Assembly: GCA_963675525.2 (NCBI GenBank)
Contig: CAXXSL010000013.1
Span: forward strand, 96,001-160,000
Source: Anaerohalosphaeraceae bacterium
GTDB lineage: Bacteria > Planctomycetota > Phycisphaerae > Sedimentisphaerales > Anaerohalosphaeraceae
DNA length: 64,000 nt
Direction: 5' to 3'
The notes below the pieces were generated by a model, which was given only the letters and a program-made list of their open reading frames with translations, was not told the DNA's origin and searched no databases. Within the stretch, counting starts at the first letter, position 1, and the number at the start of each line of letters is the position of its first letter. Both the position numbers and the translations under genes were made by a program. Of the stretch, positions 21,624 through 30,827 are shown one piece after another.

Positions 21624-22454
21624 TCAATGAAGAAAACTAAACCTGCGATTGTCTGGAATTTCTGCATATATTTGAGCCTCTTCTTTCCACACATTACCAA
21701 CGATCATCCTCTTTTCGTTTGAAACAAATATCACAAAATAGTCTATTTTCAATTGAAATTCTGAATGATATTGATGAGGTATTAAATCCTTCCAATCATC
21801 TTTTGGCAAAGCATGACTAAAGCTGACATCTTCCAGCAAAAGCGCTGTGGAAAATCCTTTTTCTTTGTACTTGACAAGCTTTGGTAATTTTTCTTCGACT
21901 GCTCTACGGAATCTATCTTGCCTTTCCCTATTTGCCTCTTTTGGTCGTGTTGACGTCATTCCAACTGTTCCATTTAATTCCTGACACGAGCCAACACACC
22001 ATAACGACACCTCATGTTTATCGTACAACCGTGAGCAGCTTTTATCAATAGTTAGAGATTTTGAAACTTCAGGAATCCAATCTTTCATTTCTTCGACAAA
22101 TTGTTCTCTAGTCTTTTTATTCAGTCCTACAATAAGAGATGGCGGAGCGATTAAACTAAAACAGTATTCATTTGGCAACCGGCCTTGGCATCTTTGTTTT
22201 AGTTCCTTTTCAATACCGCATAATTGATTTACATACACAAGCTGTTCTTTATGGGCTTCTACAATAGTATGTTCGACAGCAATTTTGGGGAGTTGCCCCT
22301 TTTTATCTTTTGGGACTAAAATGACTTCGATGTCTGGACTATTTCTATTTTCCTTTTCCGGCCATCTCTCTGGACAGTATTCTACACCCTTTATCCTCCG
22401 GAGAATTTCGACAAAAGCATCACAAGCATTTGTTTCATTTTCCTTCTTTTTCAA
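21624..22454 (-). CDS. AT-rich hypothetical protein, possible PD-(D/E)xK nuclease fold
   Basis: 276-aa ORF, TTG start with GGAGAG RBS; SPDIEVIL...IAVEHT pattern; fold call is tentative. Confidence 0.6.
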   Translation of the reverse strand: MKKKENETNACDAFVEILRRIKGVEYCPERWPEKENRNSPDIEVILVPKDKKGQLPKIAVEHTIVEAHKEQLVYVNQLCGIEKELKQRCQGRLPNEYCFSLIAPPSLIVGLNKKTREQFVEEMKDWIPEVSKSLTIDKSCSRLYDKHEVSLWCVGSCQELNGTVGMTSTRPKEANRERQDRFRRAVEEKLPKLVKYKEKGFSTALLLEDVSFSHALPKDDWKDLIPHQYHSEFQLKIDYFVIFVSNEKRMIVGNVWKEEAQIYAEIPDNRRFSFLH

Positions 22455-22587
22455 GCAAAACTCTCCATTTTCTCTTTACAAATTCTTTCCGTCTGTTCCT
22501 ATAATAATTTACCCCTTCCCACTAAGTATTGCAACTGCTCGTTGATTATTTCGTTAGAAGACAATGCACAGCCGCTATTTTAAAAAT

Positions 22588-22615
22588 ATCTGTGTAAATC
22601 GGCGTAATCTGTGGA
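22588..22615. repeat. Solo arm of the 9-10-mer AATCTGTG repeat family
   Basis: atctgtgtaaatcggcgtaatctgtgga resembles atccgtgaagtccgcgtaatctatggt at 45231-45257. Confidence 0.65.
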
Positions 22616-22631
22616 TAAAAACTTTTTTTGT

Positions 22632-22691
22632 TTGACATTCATCTAACTTTTGGTATAATACTCCAAAGTTGAAAATACGATCTTTGACAAT
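22632..22691 (+). promoter_or_regulatory. Consensus sigma70 promoter followed by a boxA-like motif
   Basis: TTGACA (22632-37), 16-nt spacer, TGn-extended TATAAT (22654-59); GATCTTTGACAAT at 22679-22691. Confidence 0.7.
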
Positions 22692-22703
22692 CAGAAGGAG
22701 CAA

Positions 22704-22732
22704 ACAAAAGCGTGGAGCGGTAGCGACACGAT
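22704..22732 (+). repeat. Dispersed REP-like hairpin, copy 1
   Basis: ACAAAAGCGTGGAGCGGTAGCGACACGAT; 26/29 identical to 58125-58153. Confidence 0.75.
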
Positions 22733-22870
22733 TCGAGCGCGCAAAGTGTCAATTCACGGGGAATGTAACATTTCGACACACACCTTTTTCGCAAACAAAC
22801 CCAAACAAAGCCAATTTTTCTCCGTGAACCTCTGTGCCCTCTGCCCGCCGTGCAGCGCCCGTCGCGGCAG

Positions 22871-22985
22871 GTGGCAAAAAAGGGCACAAAATGGCGCCGT
22901 TTCGGACAACTTTGGCGCATTAGTGGCACACTTTGGCGCCGTTTTGGGCGCACTTTGGCGCACCTTTGGACGATGTTTGCACCAT
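22871..22985 (+). repeat. About ten degenerate 10-11 bp tandem units (TGGCRCnnTT)
   Basis: tggcgccgttt cggacaactt tggcgcattag tggcacactt tggcgccgttt tgggcgcactt tggcgcacctt tggacgatgtt. Confidence 0.75.
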
Positions 22986-23161
22986 AAAAACACCAAAAAA
23001 CCGCATTTTTGACACCAAAAACACAGAAAAAGCAATTTTAATGCCGCCCAAACACAAGCTGGATTTGGCCGCCGGTTTTCGCTATACTATCGGGTCTATG
23101 CAGACACGGAAATCCGCATAAAAACAGATAGCCATAAATGAGAGTTAAGGAACAATAAAAA

Positions 23162-24099
23162 ATGCTGACAATTGTCACTCAATTGATAGGAACTGCTGCC
23201 GAGACGCAAACCGCTGACACGGATTGGTCGGACCTGTCCGGCGTACTCACCCGGATCGCCGTTCTGGCGACAGTCGTTCTCTCAACGCTTATCCTGGTAA
23301 AAATACTCAAGCATGTCATCCGGAAAAAACAGGAACATCGAAAACGGCCAATGGTCATCCTTAAGGTTTTACTCCCAATTCCTCTACGGAGTCATCTACT
23401 TTTTCGGTTTTCTGCTGTTTATTTACCTGATTCCCTCCGCTGCGAAGTCTGTCCCTGTCGCTGTTTGCCAGTTCCGGCGTATTGGCGATCGTGATCGGGT
23501 TCGCGGCACAAAATGCCTTTGCCAACATCATCAGCGGGTGCTTTATCACCATCTTCAAGCCGTTCCGGATCGGCGATAAAATTAAGTTTGTCGGCAAAGA
23601 TGTCTCCGGCACGGTCGAAGATATCACGATGCGGCATACCGTGGTGCGAACCTTTGAAAATAAACGCATCATTATTCCCAACTCGGTCGTCAGCGTCGAT
23701 ATCATTGAAAATGCCCATTTTGCTGAAGAAAAAATATGCCGGTTTCTTGAGATCGGCATCAGCTACGATTCGGATGTGGACAAAGCCATCGCGATCATGC
23801 GGGACGAAACAAAAAAACACCCGGACTTCTTTGATAACCGGACCGAAGAAGAAAAACAAAAGCAGGTTGATCCCGTCAAGGCGAAAGTGCTTGGGTTTGG
23901 CGATTTCTCCGTAACCCTGAGGGCGTGGGTCTGGGCCAAAGATAACGCGACGGGATTTGACATGGTCTGCGACCTGAACAAGAGCATCAAAGAACGCTTC
24001 GACCGCGAGGGTATCGAAATCCCCTTCCCGTACCGAACACTCGTATTCAAAGATAAAACAAAAGTATTAAACGAAACATCTGAACCGCTCCAAAATTAA
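23162..24099 (+). CDS. mscS: Small-conductance mechanosensitive channel; two apparent frameshifts, probably sequence errors
   Basis: Frame restored by removing one A at about 23324-29 and one C at about 23433-35; IGFAAQNAFANIISG, KPFRIGD, IIIPNS, GIEIPFP. Confidence 0.85.
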
Positions 24100-25508
24100 T
24101 GTCTAATAAAGATATCCGGAAAATCCATCTTAAAAGCTTTGGCTGCCAGATGAACAAGCTCGATTCATCGCTGGTGGCCGGCGCGCTGACCGAACAGGGA
24201 TTCGCCCTGACCGATAAAGCGACCGAAGCGGATGTCATCGTCATCAACACCTGTTCTGTACGCGAACATGCCGAGGCCCGCGTTTTTTCCAATCTGGGGC
24301 ACATCAAGCATCTGAAAAAGTCCCGCCCGGATATTCTCGTGGCGGTCATCGGCTGTATGGCCCAGCGGCTGGGGGCCGAGCTGCTGGCCCATGAAGTCGT
24401 GGACATCGTCGCCGGGCCAACCCAACTGCACGAAGTCCCGGCCCTGATCAACAAAGCCATGGCCGACCACCAAAAACACCTGTCCGTCACCGACAAAATC
24501 CGTCAGCCGATTGCCGCCGAAGAAAGCATCGAGGTAGGTCATAAGCTGGACGATTTTGAGATCGCCTACGATTCGGATGCCAATCACATCAAGTCACAGG
24601 CTTTTATCCGGGCCATGCGCGGCTGCAACAACTTCTGCACCTACTGTATCGTCCCATACGTCCGCGGGCCGGAAGTATCCCGTCCGCCAAAAGCCGTTGT
24701 CGAGCAGGCCAAAAAGCTCGCGGGCCAGGGCATTAAACAGATCACCCTGCTGGGCCAGACCGTCAATTCATATCACTACGCCGAGAACGGCAAAACATCC
24801 ACGCTGGCTGATTTGCTTCAGCAGGTCAGCGAGATCGACGATGTGCATTGGGTGCGTTTCATCACCAGCCATCCCGGCCGGTTCGATGAGTCCATCCTCC
24901 GCGTCATGGCGGACAATCCGAAAGTCGCCCCCTATCTGCACATCCCCGCCCAGAGCGGCTCCGACCGTATCCTGAAAGCCATGAATCGCGGCTACACCGC
25001 CGACGACTATATCGCGCTGATGGATAAAGCCCGTGCAATCGTGCCGGACATCGCCATCGCCGGCGATTTTATCGTCGGCTTTCCCGGCGAAACGGAAGAC
25101 GATTTTCAGGCAACCATCGATCTGGTACGCCGCGTGCGATACAAGAACGCCTTCGTCTTTAAATACTCCCCCCGTCCCGGCACGTATTCCGAAAAGAAAT
25201 TATCCGACACTGTCCCCGCCGAGGTCAAACAAGAGCGGAATGCAAAACTTCTGGAAGTCATCAGCGAGGTTGCCGACAAAGATAATCAGCGTTTTCTTGG
25301 CAAAACGCTTGAAGTTCTCGTCGAAGGCCCCAGCAAAAAGCCGCATCTGAACCAAGCCGAAAACGAAAACAACCCCCAACTCATCGGCCGCACCGCCGAT
25401 GACTATATCGTCGTCTTCAACGGTCCCGAATCCCTGACAGGCCAGTTCGTTAACGTGACTATCACCAAAACCGCCGCCCTGACATTATTCGCCGAGTTAG
25501 TCTCCTAA
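24099..25508 (+). CDS. miaB: tRNA i6A37 methylthiotransferase
   Basis: FGCQMN, NTCSVRE, GCMAQ, CNNFCTYC, DFIVGFPGET, TRAM domain. Confidence 0.97.
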   Translation: MSNKDIRKIHLKSFGCQMNKLDSSLVAGALTEQGFALTDKATEADVIVINTCSVREHAEARVFSNLGHIKHLKKSRPDILVAVIGCMAQRLGAELLAHEVVDIVAGPTQLHEVPALINKAMADHQKHLSVTDKIRQPIAAEESIEVGHKLDDFEIAYDSDANHIKSQAFIRAMRGCNNFCTYCIVPYVRGPEVSRPPKAVVEQAKKLAGQGIKQITLLGQTVNSYHYAENGKTSTLADLLQQVSEIDDVHWVRFITSHPGRFDESILRVMADNPKVAPYLHIPAQSGSDRILKAMNRGYTADDYIALMDKARAIVPDIAIAGDFIVGFPGETEDDFQATIDLVRRVRYKNAFVFKYSPRPGTYSEKKLSDTVPAEVKQERNAKLLEVISEVADKDNQRFLGKTLEVLVEGPSKKPHLNQAENENNPQLIGRTADDYIVVFNGPESLTGQFVNVTITKTAALTLFAELVS

Positions 25509-25541
25509 TCGGCCTTTCTTAAGGCGGTTTGTCTTTTTTAT

Positions 25542-25568
25542 TTAAGAACAGCGCTGAACCGTCGATAA
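25542..25568 (+). promoter_or_regulatory. Possible sigma28 (FliA)-type promoter
   Basis: TTAAGAAC-N11-GTCGATAA versus consensus TAAAGTTT-N11-GCCGATAA, 40 nt before the ATG. Confidence 0.4.
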
Positions 25569-25608
25569 TGATAATTGACGGACTATTTCTAAGCACAGGA
25601 GACATGAA

Positions 25609-26502
25609 ATGCAGGTTGATGGTGTCAATTCCGGTCAAGTTGCGGCTGTACGGGCCATGAAAAACAGAAAAACTCACCAAAAAGTGAATGCCGTAAAAAC
25701 CAAAAAACCGAAAGTTGCTGAAAATAAAGGATCCGAAGGAAGAGCCAACGGCGTGATCAGCCTGCTGCAAGCCGGCCATTTCAAAGGCGTGGCCGATATT
25801 CGTTTGCGAATCAATTTTTACGATGAGATACAAGCCCTCGAATCTCAGAATCTCAAAGCAACGGCCTCAGACAGTTTCGAGGGATTTAATCAAGCCGTTC
25901 AGGAACAAATTACCGTTTTGAATGAATCCGGGTTGCTGAATGAGGACCAGACAGCCGCATTGGGTGCCTTTTTAGCAAATCTTCAAAATACTCAAACTGG
26001 TTTTCTGGATGGCGGGGACAACTCCGTACAATCCTTGATCGAACGTCTTGAAAACGACTTCAACTCACTTCTGGGTCTGCTGAACCCGCCTGCTCCGGCT
26101 ACAGAACAGGAATCTGAACCCCCTGCTGGTTTAGAAGAACAGATACCCGAAATCCTGATGGCTGAAAGTCCCGTGGAAATCCCCGTCGAAGCAGAATCTG
26201 TTACCGAAGAAATCGCCCCGGAAGCTGAACCGACAGAACCAAATCCACTGCAGCAGCTTGTCCAGAACTTTCAGGAAAGTGTTCAGGCGTTGATTGACAA
26301 CCTACAGTCCGATCTGGCAAACACCAGTGCCCTGCCTCCTGTTTCGGCTCCATCCGGCAATGGAAAGGCATACGCGAAATTCATTTCAATCTACGAAAGC
26401 ATGCTTCCGAGCCAAAATACCAAACCCGCCGAACAACTTGACATCATAGAGATCCCCGGTTCCAATGAAGTTGAGGTTGTCGCCGAAACGATTGAAGCAT
26501 AA
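25609..26502 (+). CDS. Hypothetical protein with acidic/Pro-rich linker
   Basis: 297-aa ORF with CAGGAG RBS; GVISLLQAGHFKGVADIRLRINF and PSGNGKAYAKF blocks. Confidence 0.75.
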   Translation: MQVDGVNSGQVAAVRAMKNRKTHQKVNAVKTKKPKVAENKGSEGRANGVISLLQAGHFKGVADIRLRINFYDEIQALESQNLKATASDSFEGFNQAVQEQITVLNESGLLNEDQTAALGAFLANLQNTQTGFLDGGDNSVQSLIERLENDFNSLLGLLNPPAPATEQESEPPAGLEEQIPEILMAESPVEIPVEAESVTEEIAPEAEPTEPNPLQQLVQNFQESVQALIDNLQSDLANTSALPPVSAPSGNGKAYAKFISIYESMLPSQNTKPAEQLDIIEIPGSNEVEVVAETIEA

Positions 26503-26736
26503 ATCCTGATACCTTTTTACTGCTTTTTATGATCGGCCTTTTGAAGGCAAATCTTGTTAACCTTAGGGCTGTTTTCAGAAAATCCGGGGGCAAACCAGTT
26601 TTTCTTATTTTTTCTGTAACATTCTGCCGCACAACGCTTCTATATATATGAATAAGAAGAAAATGCCCAATTGTGGGGGCAAATTGCGGTGGAAGTGAGC
26701 AAACTGCTTTCAGGTGAGATTTTTTCTCATTACGTG

Positions 26737-26780
26737 AAGGCTCTGTCTGAAGACCAGACCAGACGGAGCCTTTCTTTTTT
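26737..26780 (+). terminator. Intrinsic terminator
   Basis: AAGGCTCTGTCTG / CAGACGGAGCCTT stem followed by TCTTTTTT. Confidence 0.7.
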
Positions 26781-26842
26781 GTCAAAAATGACGATTTATG
26801 ACATTTTCATCTCTAAAATCAGCAATCCTTCTGACTTTTATT

Positions 26843-27979
26843 TTAAAATTTCAGGTATTCTATGGCTTTATTGAGCAGTTTACCGGGTTTGGCGATGTCT
26901 TCGATGCGGCGGAGTTTTGAGATTTTTCTTTGTTTCAGGATGCGGTTGACGGTAACAAGGCCCAAGCCGGGAACGCGAAGGAGTTGGAATTTATCGGCTT
27001 TGTTGATGTCCATGGGAAACCGCTCGGGGTTCATGTCAGCCCAAATTTGTTTGGGGTCCTTGTCGAGGGACAGTCTGCCCTTTTCATCGAATAAAATCTC
27101 ATTGTCTTTGAATCCATATTTTCGCATGAGAAAATCGACCTGATACAACCGGTGTTCGCGCGTCAATATTTCCTGTGGATTTTGTAAAATCTGTTCGGCA
27201 GGCAGGTCGGCCGCCCCAAGACCCTGCTGATAGGCGCTGAAGTAGATACGGTTCAGGTGCAGACGGTCATACAACCCGCCCATGTAGTGGACGATTTTGT
27301 GGTCGCTCTCATCGGCGGCACCGACAATGAACTGGGTGGTTTGATGCACCCTTTCGTAGCGGTTTCCTCTTGCGGTCATCCGGCTGATGAGCTTCATCGG
27401 CTCGATGATATCCCGCAGATAGTCCTTTTTGTTCGACAATTTCATCAGATTATCCTCGCCCGGCGTTTCGATATTCAGCGATACGGATGAGGCCAGCGAA
27501 ACGGCTTCTTCAATGGCGGCGGTGCTGGAACCGGGAATCACTTTCAGGTGAATATAGCCTTTGAAGCGATGGCGATAGCGCAGGATACGGGCGATGGCGT
27601 TAATGCGTTCGGCGGTGTTGTCGGGCGTGCCGATAACGCCGGATGAAATAAAGATACCGAAGACCTTTTTCCGGTTGTAATAGTCCAGGAACAGTCGGAC
27701 CGTTTCTTCTGTTTGCAGACTGCACCGGCGGATGTCCCTGTTCTGACGGAGCGGGCAGTATTTACAATCGTTAGAGCAGACATTGCTCAGCAGAATCTTG
27801 AAGATACTGGCCCTGCCGCCGTTGGCTAAGGTGATGGGGTAAATCCATTTGCCGTCGGTACCGCGGCGACGGTGTTCGTCTTTGGTCGAACCGCAGGCGC
27901 AGGCCAGATCGTACTGGGCGTCGGCACTGAGGATTTTCAGTTTCTCAAGTGTATCTGGTTTGCGGATAATCGTGGTCAT
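26843..27979 (-). CDS. Putative DNA modification/repair radical SAM protein with C-terminal HhH (TIGR03916-like)
   Basis: KLKILSADAQYDLAC, CSNDCKYC, GYIHLKVIPG, REHRLYQVDFL, LLRVPGLG; start ATG 27979. Confidence 0.88.
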   Translation of the reverse strand: MTTIIRKPDTLEKLKILSADAQYDLACACGSTKDEHRRRGTDGKWIYPITLANGGRASIFKILLSNVCSNDCKYCPLRQNRDIRRCSLQTEETVRLFLDYYNRKKVFGIFISSGVIGTPDNTAERINAIARILRYRHRFKGYIHLKVIPGSSTAAIEEAVSLASSVSLNIETPGEDNLMKLSNKKDYLRDIIEPMKLISRMTARGNRYERVHQTTQFIVGAADESDHKIVHYMGGLYDRLHLNRIYFSAYQQGLGAADLPAEQILQNPQEILTREHRLYQVDFLMRKYGFKDNEILFDEKGRLSLDKDPKQIWADMNPERFPMDINKADKFQLLRVPGLGLVTVNRILKQRKISKLRRIEDIAKPGKLLNKAIEYLKF

Positions 27980-28132
27980 TTTTCCATCCTGCTGCAACAG
28001 CATCCATGCCTATTGCATTTATAATCACAGCGGGGAATATTTACAACGAAGCAAACAAATTTTTCTGGAAAAATTCCAAAAACCCGCCTACGATAAGTAA
28101 ACAGTAAACAATCGTTTCGTAAAGGAGGTAAA

Positions 28133-28558
28133 ATGAATCCGTTATTTTCTTTGTTACCCGCCGTCGTCGGTACCGTTGCCCGCGGGGTTGTGGACGGCCA
28201 ACAGGGACAAACCAAAACCGGCGCAAACGATTCCGTCGAAACAATCTCCGAATCCTACAGCGCCAAACACGCTGCCAAGCGTGCCGAACAGCAGGTTAAA
28301 ATCCTCGAAGCAAACCTGGCCAAGACCATGATGATCTGTGAAGCATTGTGGGAACTGCTGGCGGCAAAAACGAATCTGACCGAGCAGGATCTGTATCAAA
28401 AAATACTCGACGTCGATTTGCGGGACGGCGTTCAGGACAACAAAAACCAGCGAAAGGCGACCAAGTGCCCCAAATGCCAACGGACCGTTTCGGCACGGCA
28501 CGCGGCCTGCCTGTACTGCGGTGAGGTGGTGGACCAGTCTATCTTTACCCTGAGCTAA
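28133..28558 (+). CDS. Hypothetical protein with C-terminal zinc ribbon
   Basis: AAGGAGG RBS; CPKC...CLYCG. Confidence 0.8.
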   Translation: MNPLFSLLPAVVGTVARGVVDGQQGQTKTGANDSVETISESYSAKHAAKRAEQQVKILEANLAKTMMICEALWELLAAKTNLTEQDLYQKILDVDLRDGVQDNKNQRKATKCPKCQRTVSARHAACLYCGEVVDQSIFTLS

Positions 28559-28680
28559 TTCAAAAAAACCCTTTAAAATACGCTTTTTGAAATTATGTGT
28601 TGAATTTGCAGTTCTTGGGCGTGTACAATTAAACCCATAATGGAGTTCAAATAGTACTATACTTTTTTAGGGAGATTCTC

Positions 28681-29188
28681 ATGAAGACACGATGGACAGT
28701 TACAATGCTGTTGATTGCATGCCTGGCGGTCGTGACCGGCTGCAGCAAAAAGAAGAACCGACACCCACACCAACGGAAAGCGAAACTCAGGAAGCCACAG
28801 GCATGATGGACACCATGAAAGAGACTGTAACGGAAAAAGTTGACCAAGTCGCAGAAGCCGTCAAGGAATCGTTTACGATGGACATTGACCTGGACAAGAC
28901 CGTTGCCGACCTGAAAGCCGAAGCCGCCAAGATGGATGTCAAAAGCCTGACTGAGGTCGCATTGAAATATAAAGACACAATTCTCGAAAAGCAGGGTCAA
29001 CTGGACGGTTTGATTCAAAAACTGAAGGCGGTCCCGATGACGGAAAAACTGGGTGCCGACGCACAGGCGATGACCACCGAAATCAAAACATTAACAGATT
29101 GCTATCGCCCCTTTGCAAGAACGTTTTGGCGTGTATGTCGATGCGATCAAGGCCTAAAGGCGGTGATGTTAAGAATCTGACACTGTAA
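28681..29188 (+). CDS. Helical lipoprotein; three apparent frameshifts, probably sequence errors
   Basis: MKTRWTVTMLLIACLAVVTGC lipobox; one A missing at about 28747-51; extra T at about 29100 and extra C at about 29154; restored end LTDAIAPLQERFGVYVDAIKAKGGDVKNLTL*. Confidence 0.7.
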
Positions 29189-29210
29189 GAAGGCTTGATT
29201 GTTTGAGAGA

Positions 29211-29245
29211 AAAAAAGGTCCGACGCATGCCGCCGGACCTTTTTT
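29211..29245. terminator. Bidirectional terminator
   Basis: AAAAAAGGTCCG...CGGACCTTTTTT between convergent genes. Confidence 0.8.
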
Positions 29246-29274
29246 AATGACACATGGTATGGTTAAACAACCCG

Positions 29275-30213
29275 TCAGCTTTGTATCATATGCACATCGC
29301 GCTGCGGGAACGGGATGGTCAGGCCGTTTGCTTCAGAGCCACTTTAATCTTCTCAGTGACATCAAAATAAACGCCCCAGTAATCTTCCACTTTAACCCAG
29401 GGACGTACGACAAAATTCACACTGCTGTCACCCAGTTCCAAAACCGCCACGGTATAAGCCGGTTCGGGGAGAATGCGCTGGTCGGCCTTGAGAACATCTT
29501 CCATGACCTGACGGGCTTTCTTGAGGTCGTCCTCATAGGACACCCCAATGACCAAATCAACCCGGCGGGTGCCATTGACACTGTAGTTGATGATATTTGC
29601 CGCCGGTCACCTGGGCATTGGGAACAATCACTCTTTTATTATCCGGCGTGTTTAGAATGGTGTTGAAAATATGTACTTCCTTCACCACACCTGTTGCCCC
29701 GCCGGCCTCCACAAAATCACCAACCCTAAGTGGTTTGAAGATAATCAGCAAGACGCCCGAGGCAAAGTTGGACAGTGTTCCGCCCAATGCCAAACCAACC
29801 GCCAAACCGGCAGCACCGATAACTGCCACAAAAGAGGCTGTTGGGATTCCTATCGCACCTAACGCCGCAATAATCACGAAAACCAGTAGAACAGTGTAAA
29901 CCAAATTCTTCACAAATTTACTCAATGTTGCATCAATCTTGGCTTTGTCCATGGCCTTTTGAATCAGATTCGAAATAAGCCTTGCCACCCATCGGCCGAT
30001 GATAAATATGGCGGTGGCCGCAAGGATATTTAACAGAAACTCTACGCCGTTTTCGGCCAAATAGGCTTTCAAGCTGGCAGCCATGTCCGTTACCGACTGG
30101 GGCGATTGCTGCTGGGTTACCTGCTCGGAATTCTCAACCGAAGCCGCCTGTTCGGCGGCAAATGTATTGATTCCCAACATGAAAATAATTAAAAACATTC
30201 CTAACTTTTTCAT
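29275..30213 (-). CDS. mscS: Second MscS-family channel; two apparent frameshifts, probably sequence errors
   Basis: GAAGLAVGLALGGTLSNFASG, VIVPN; restored NIINYSVNGTRRVDLVIGVSY and EANGLTIPFPQRDVH (extra base at about 29596, missing base at about 29334). Confidence 0.85.
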
Positions 30214-30233
30214 TTCAATTTCCTTTCAAAATC

Positions 30234-30268
30234 AAAAAGGCCATGACCGATTCTTCGGTCACGGCCTT
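30234..30268 (-). terminator. Terminator after mscL
   Basis: AAGGCCATGACCGA / TCGGTCACGGCCTT stem with an A run on the plus strand. Confidence 0.65.
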
Positions 30269-30326
30269 GAATTGGTTCAATCATAACTATCCAGAACACT
30301 TGTTTGTGATTTATGATGTTCCTCAG

Positions 30327-30743
30327 CTATTTTGAACGAAGAACATCCCGGATTTCAGTCAGCAGTTTTTCTTCTGCGGATGGAGCAGGAGGTGCGGCCG
30401 GGGCGGCTTCTTCTTTCTTCTTCGCGGCATTCATGGCTTTTATGACCATAAAAATTGCAAAGGCAACAATCAGGAAATTAATGATCGTATTGATAAGCAT
30501 TCCATAGTTTATCGAAACCGCTGCAATCTCATTACCCGCCGCATCAACTGAAGCATCTTTGAGTATCAGTTTAAGTTCAGAAAAATCAACCCCACCTAAC
30601 ATCATCCCGATAGGCGGCATAATAATATCACTGACAAAGGAGGCCACGATCTTACCAAATGCCCCCCCTATGACAATTCCTACTGCCATGTCAATGACAT
30701 TGCCGCGCATTGCAAATGCTTTAAATTCGCTCAAGATCGACAT
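30327..30743 (-). CDS. mscL: Large-conductance mechanosensitive channel
   Basis: [28 protein letters not shown]...LLTEIRDVL. Confidence 0.98.
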   Translation of the reverse strand: MSILSEFKAFAMRGNVIDMAVGIVIGGAFGKIVASFVSDIIMPPIGMMLGGVDFSELKLILKDASVDAAGNEIAAVSINYGMLINTIINFLIVAFAIFMVIKAMNAAKKKEEAAPAAPPAPSAEEKLLTEIRDVLRSK

Positions 30744-30774
30744 ATATCACGCTTCCTTTCGAAAAAGATATTTT

Positions 30775-30809
30775 AAAAAAGGCTGCAAGCGTCGTCCGCC
30801 TGCAGCCTT
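30775..30809 (-). terminator. Terminator after the DUF11 gene
   Basis: AAGGCTGCA / TGCAGCCTT stem with an A run on the plus strand. Confidence 0.65.
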
Positions 30810-30827
30810 GAATTGCATTAAAAAACT

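Noticed and set aside
20855..23060. CRISPR array
   Set aside because: The units are 7 or 10-11 bp and tandem, with no unique spacers and no cas genes in the window
22639..23121. Short ORFs in the repeat region
   Set aside because: They overlap on both strands, are made of translated repeats and lack a properly spaced RBS
26586..26612. c-di-GMP-I riboswitch (GGCAAACC)
   Set aside because: The GNRA stem and GACGCAAAG elements are absent, and there is no downstream plus-strand gene
23313..29600. Programmed frameshifting or phase variation in the mscS and lipoprotein genes
   Set aside because: Several indels per gene in runs of six bases or fewer, in both directions, fit consensus error better
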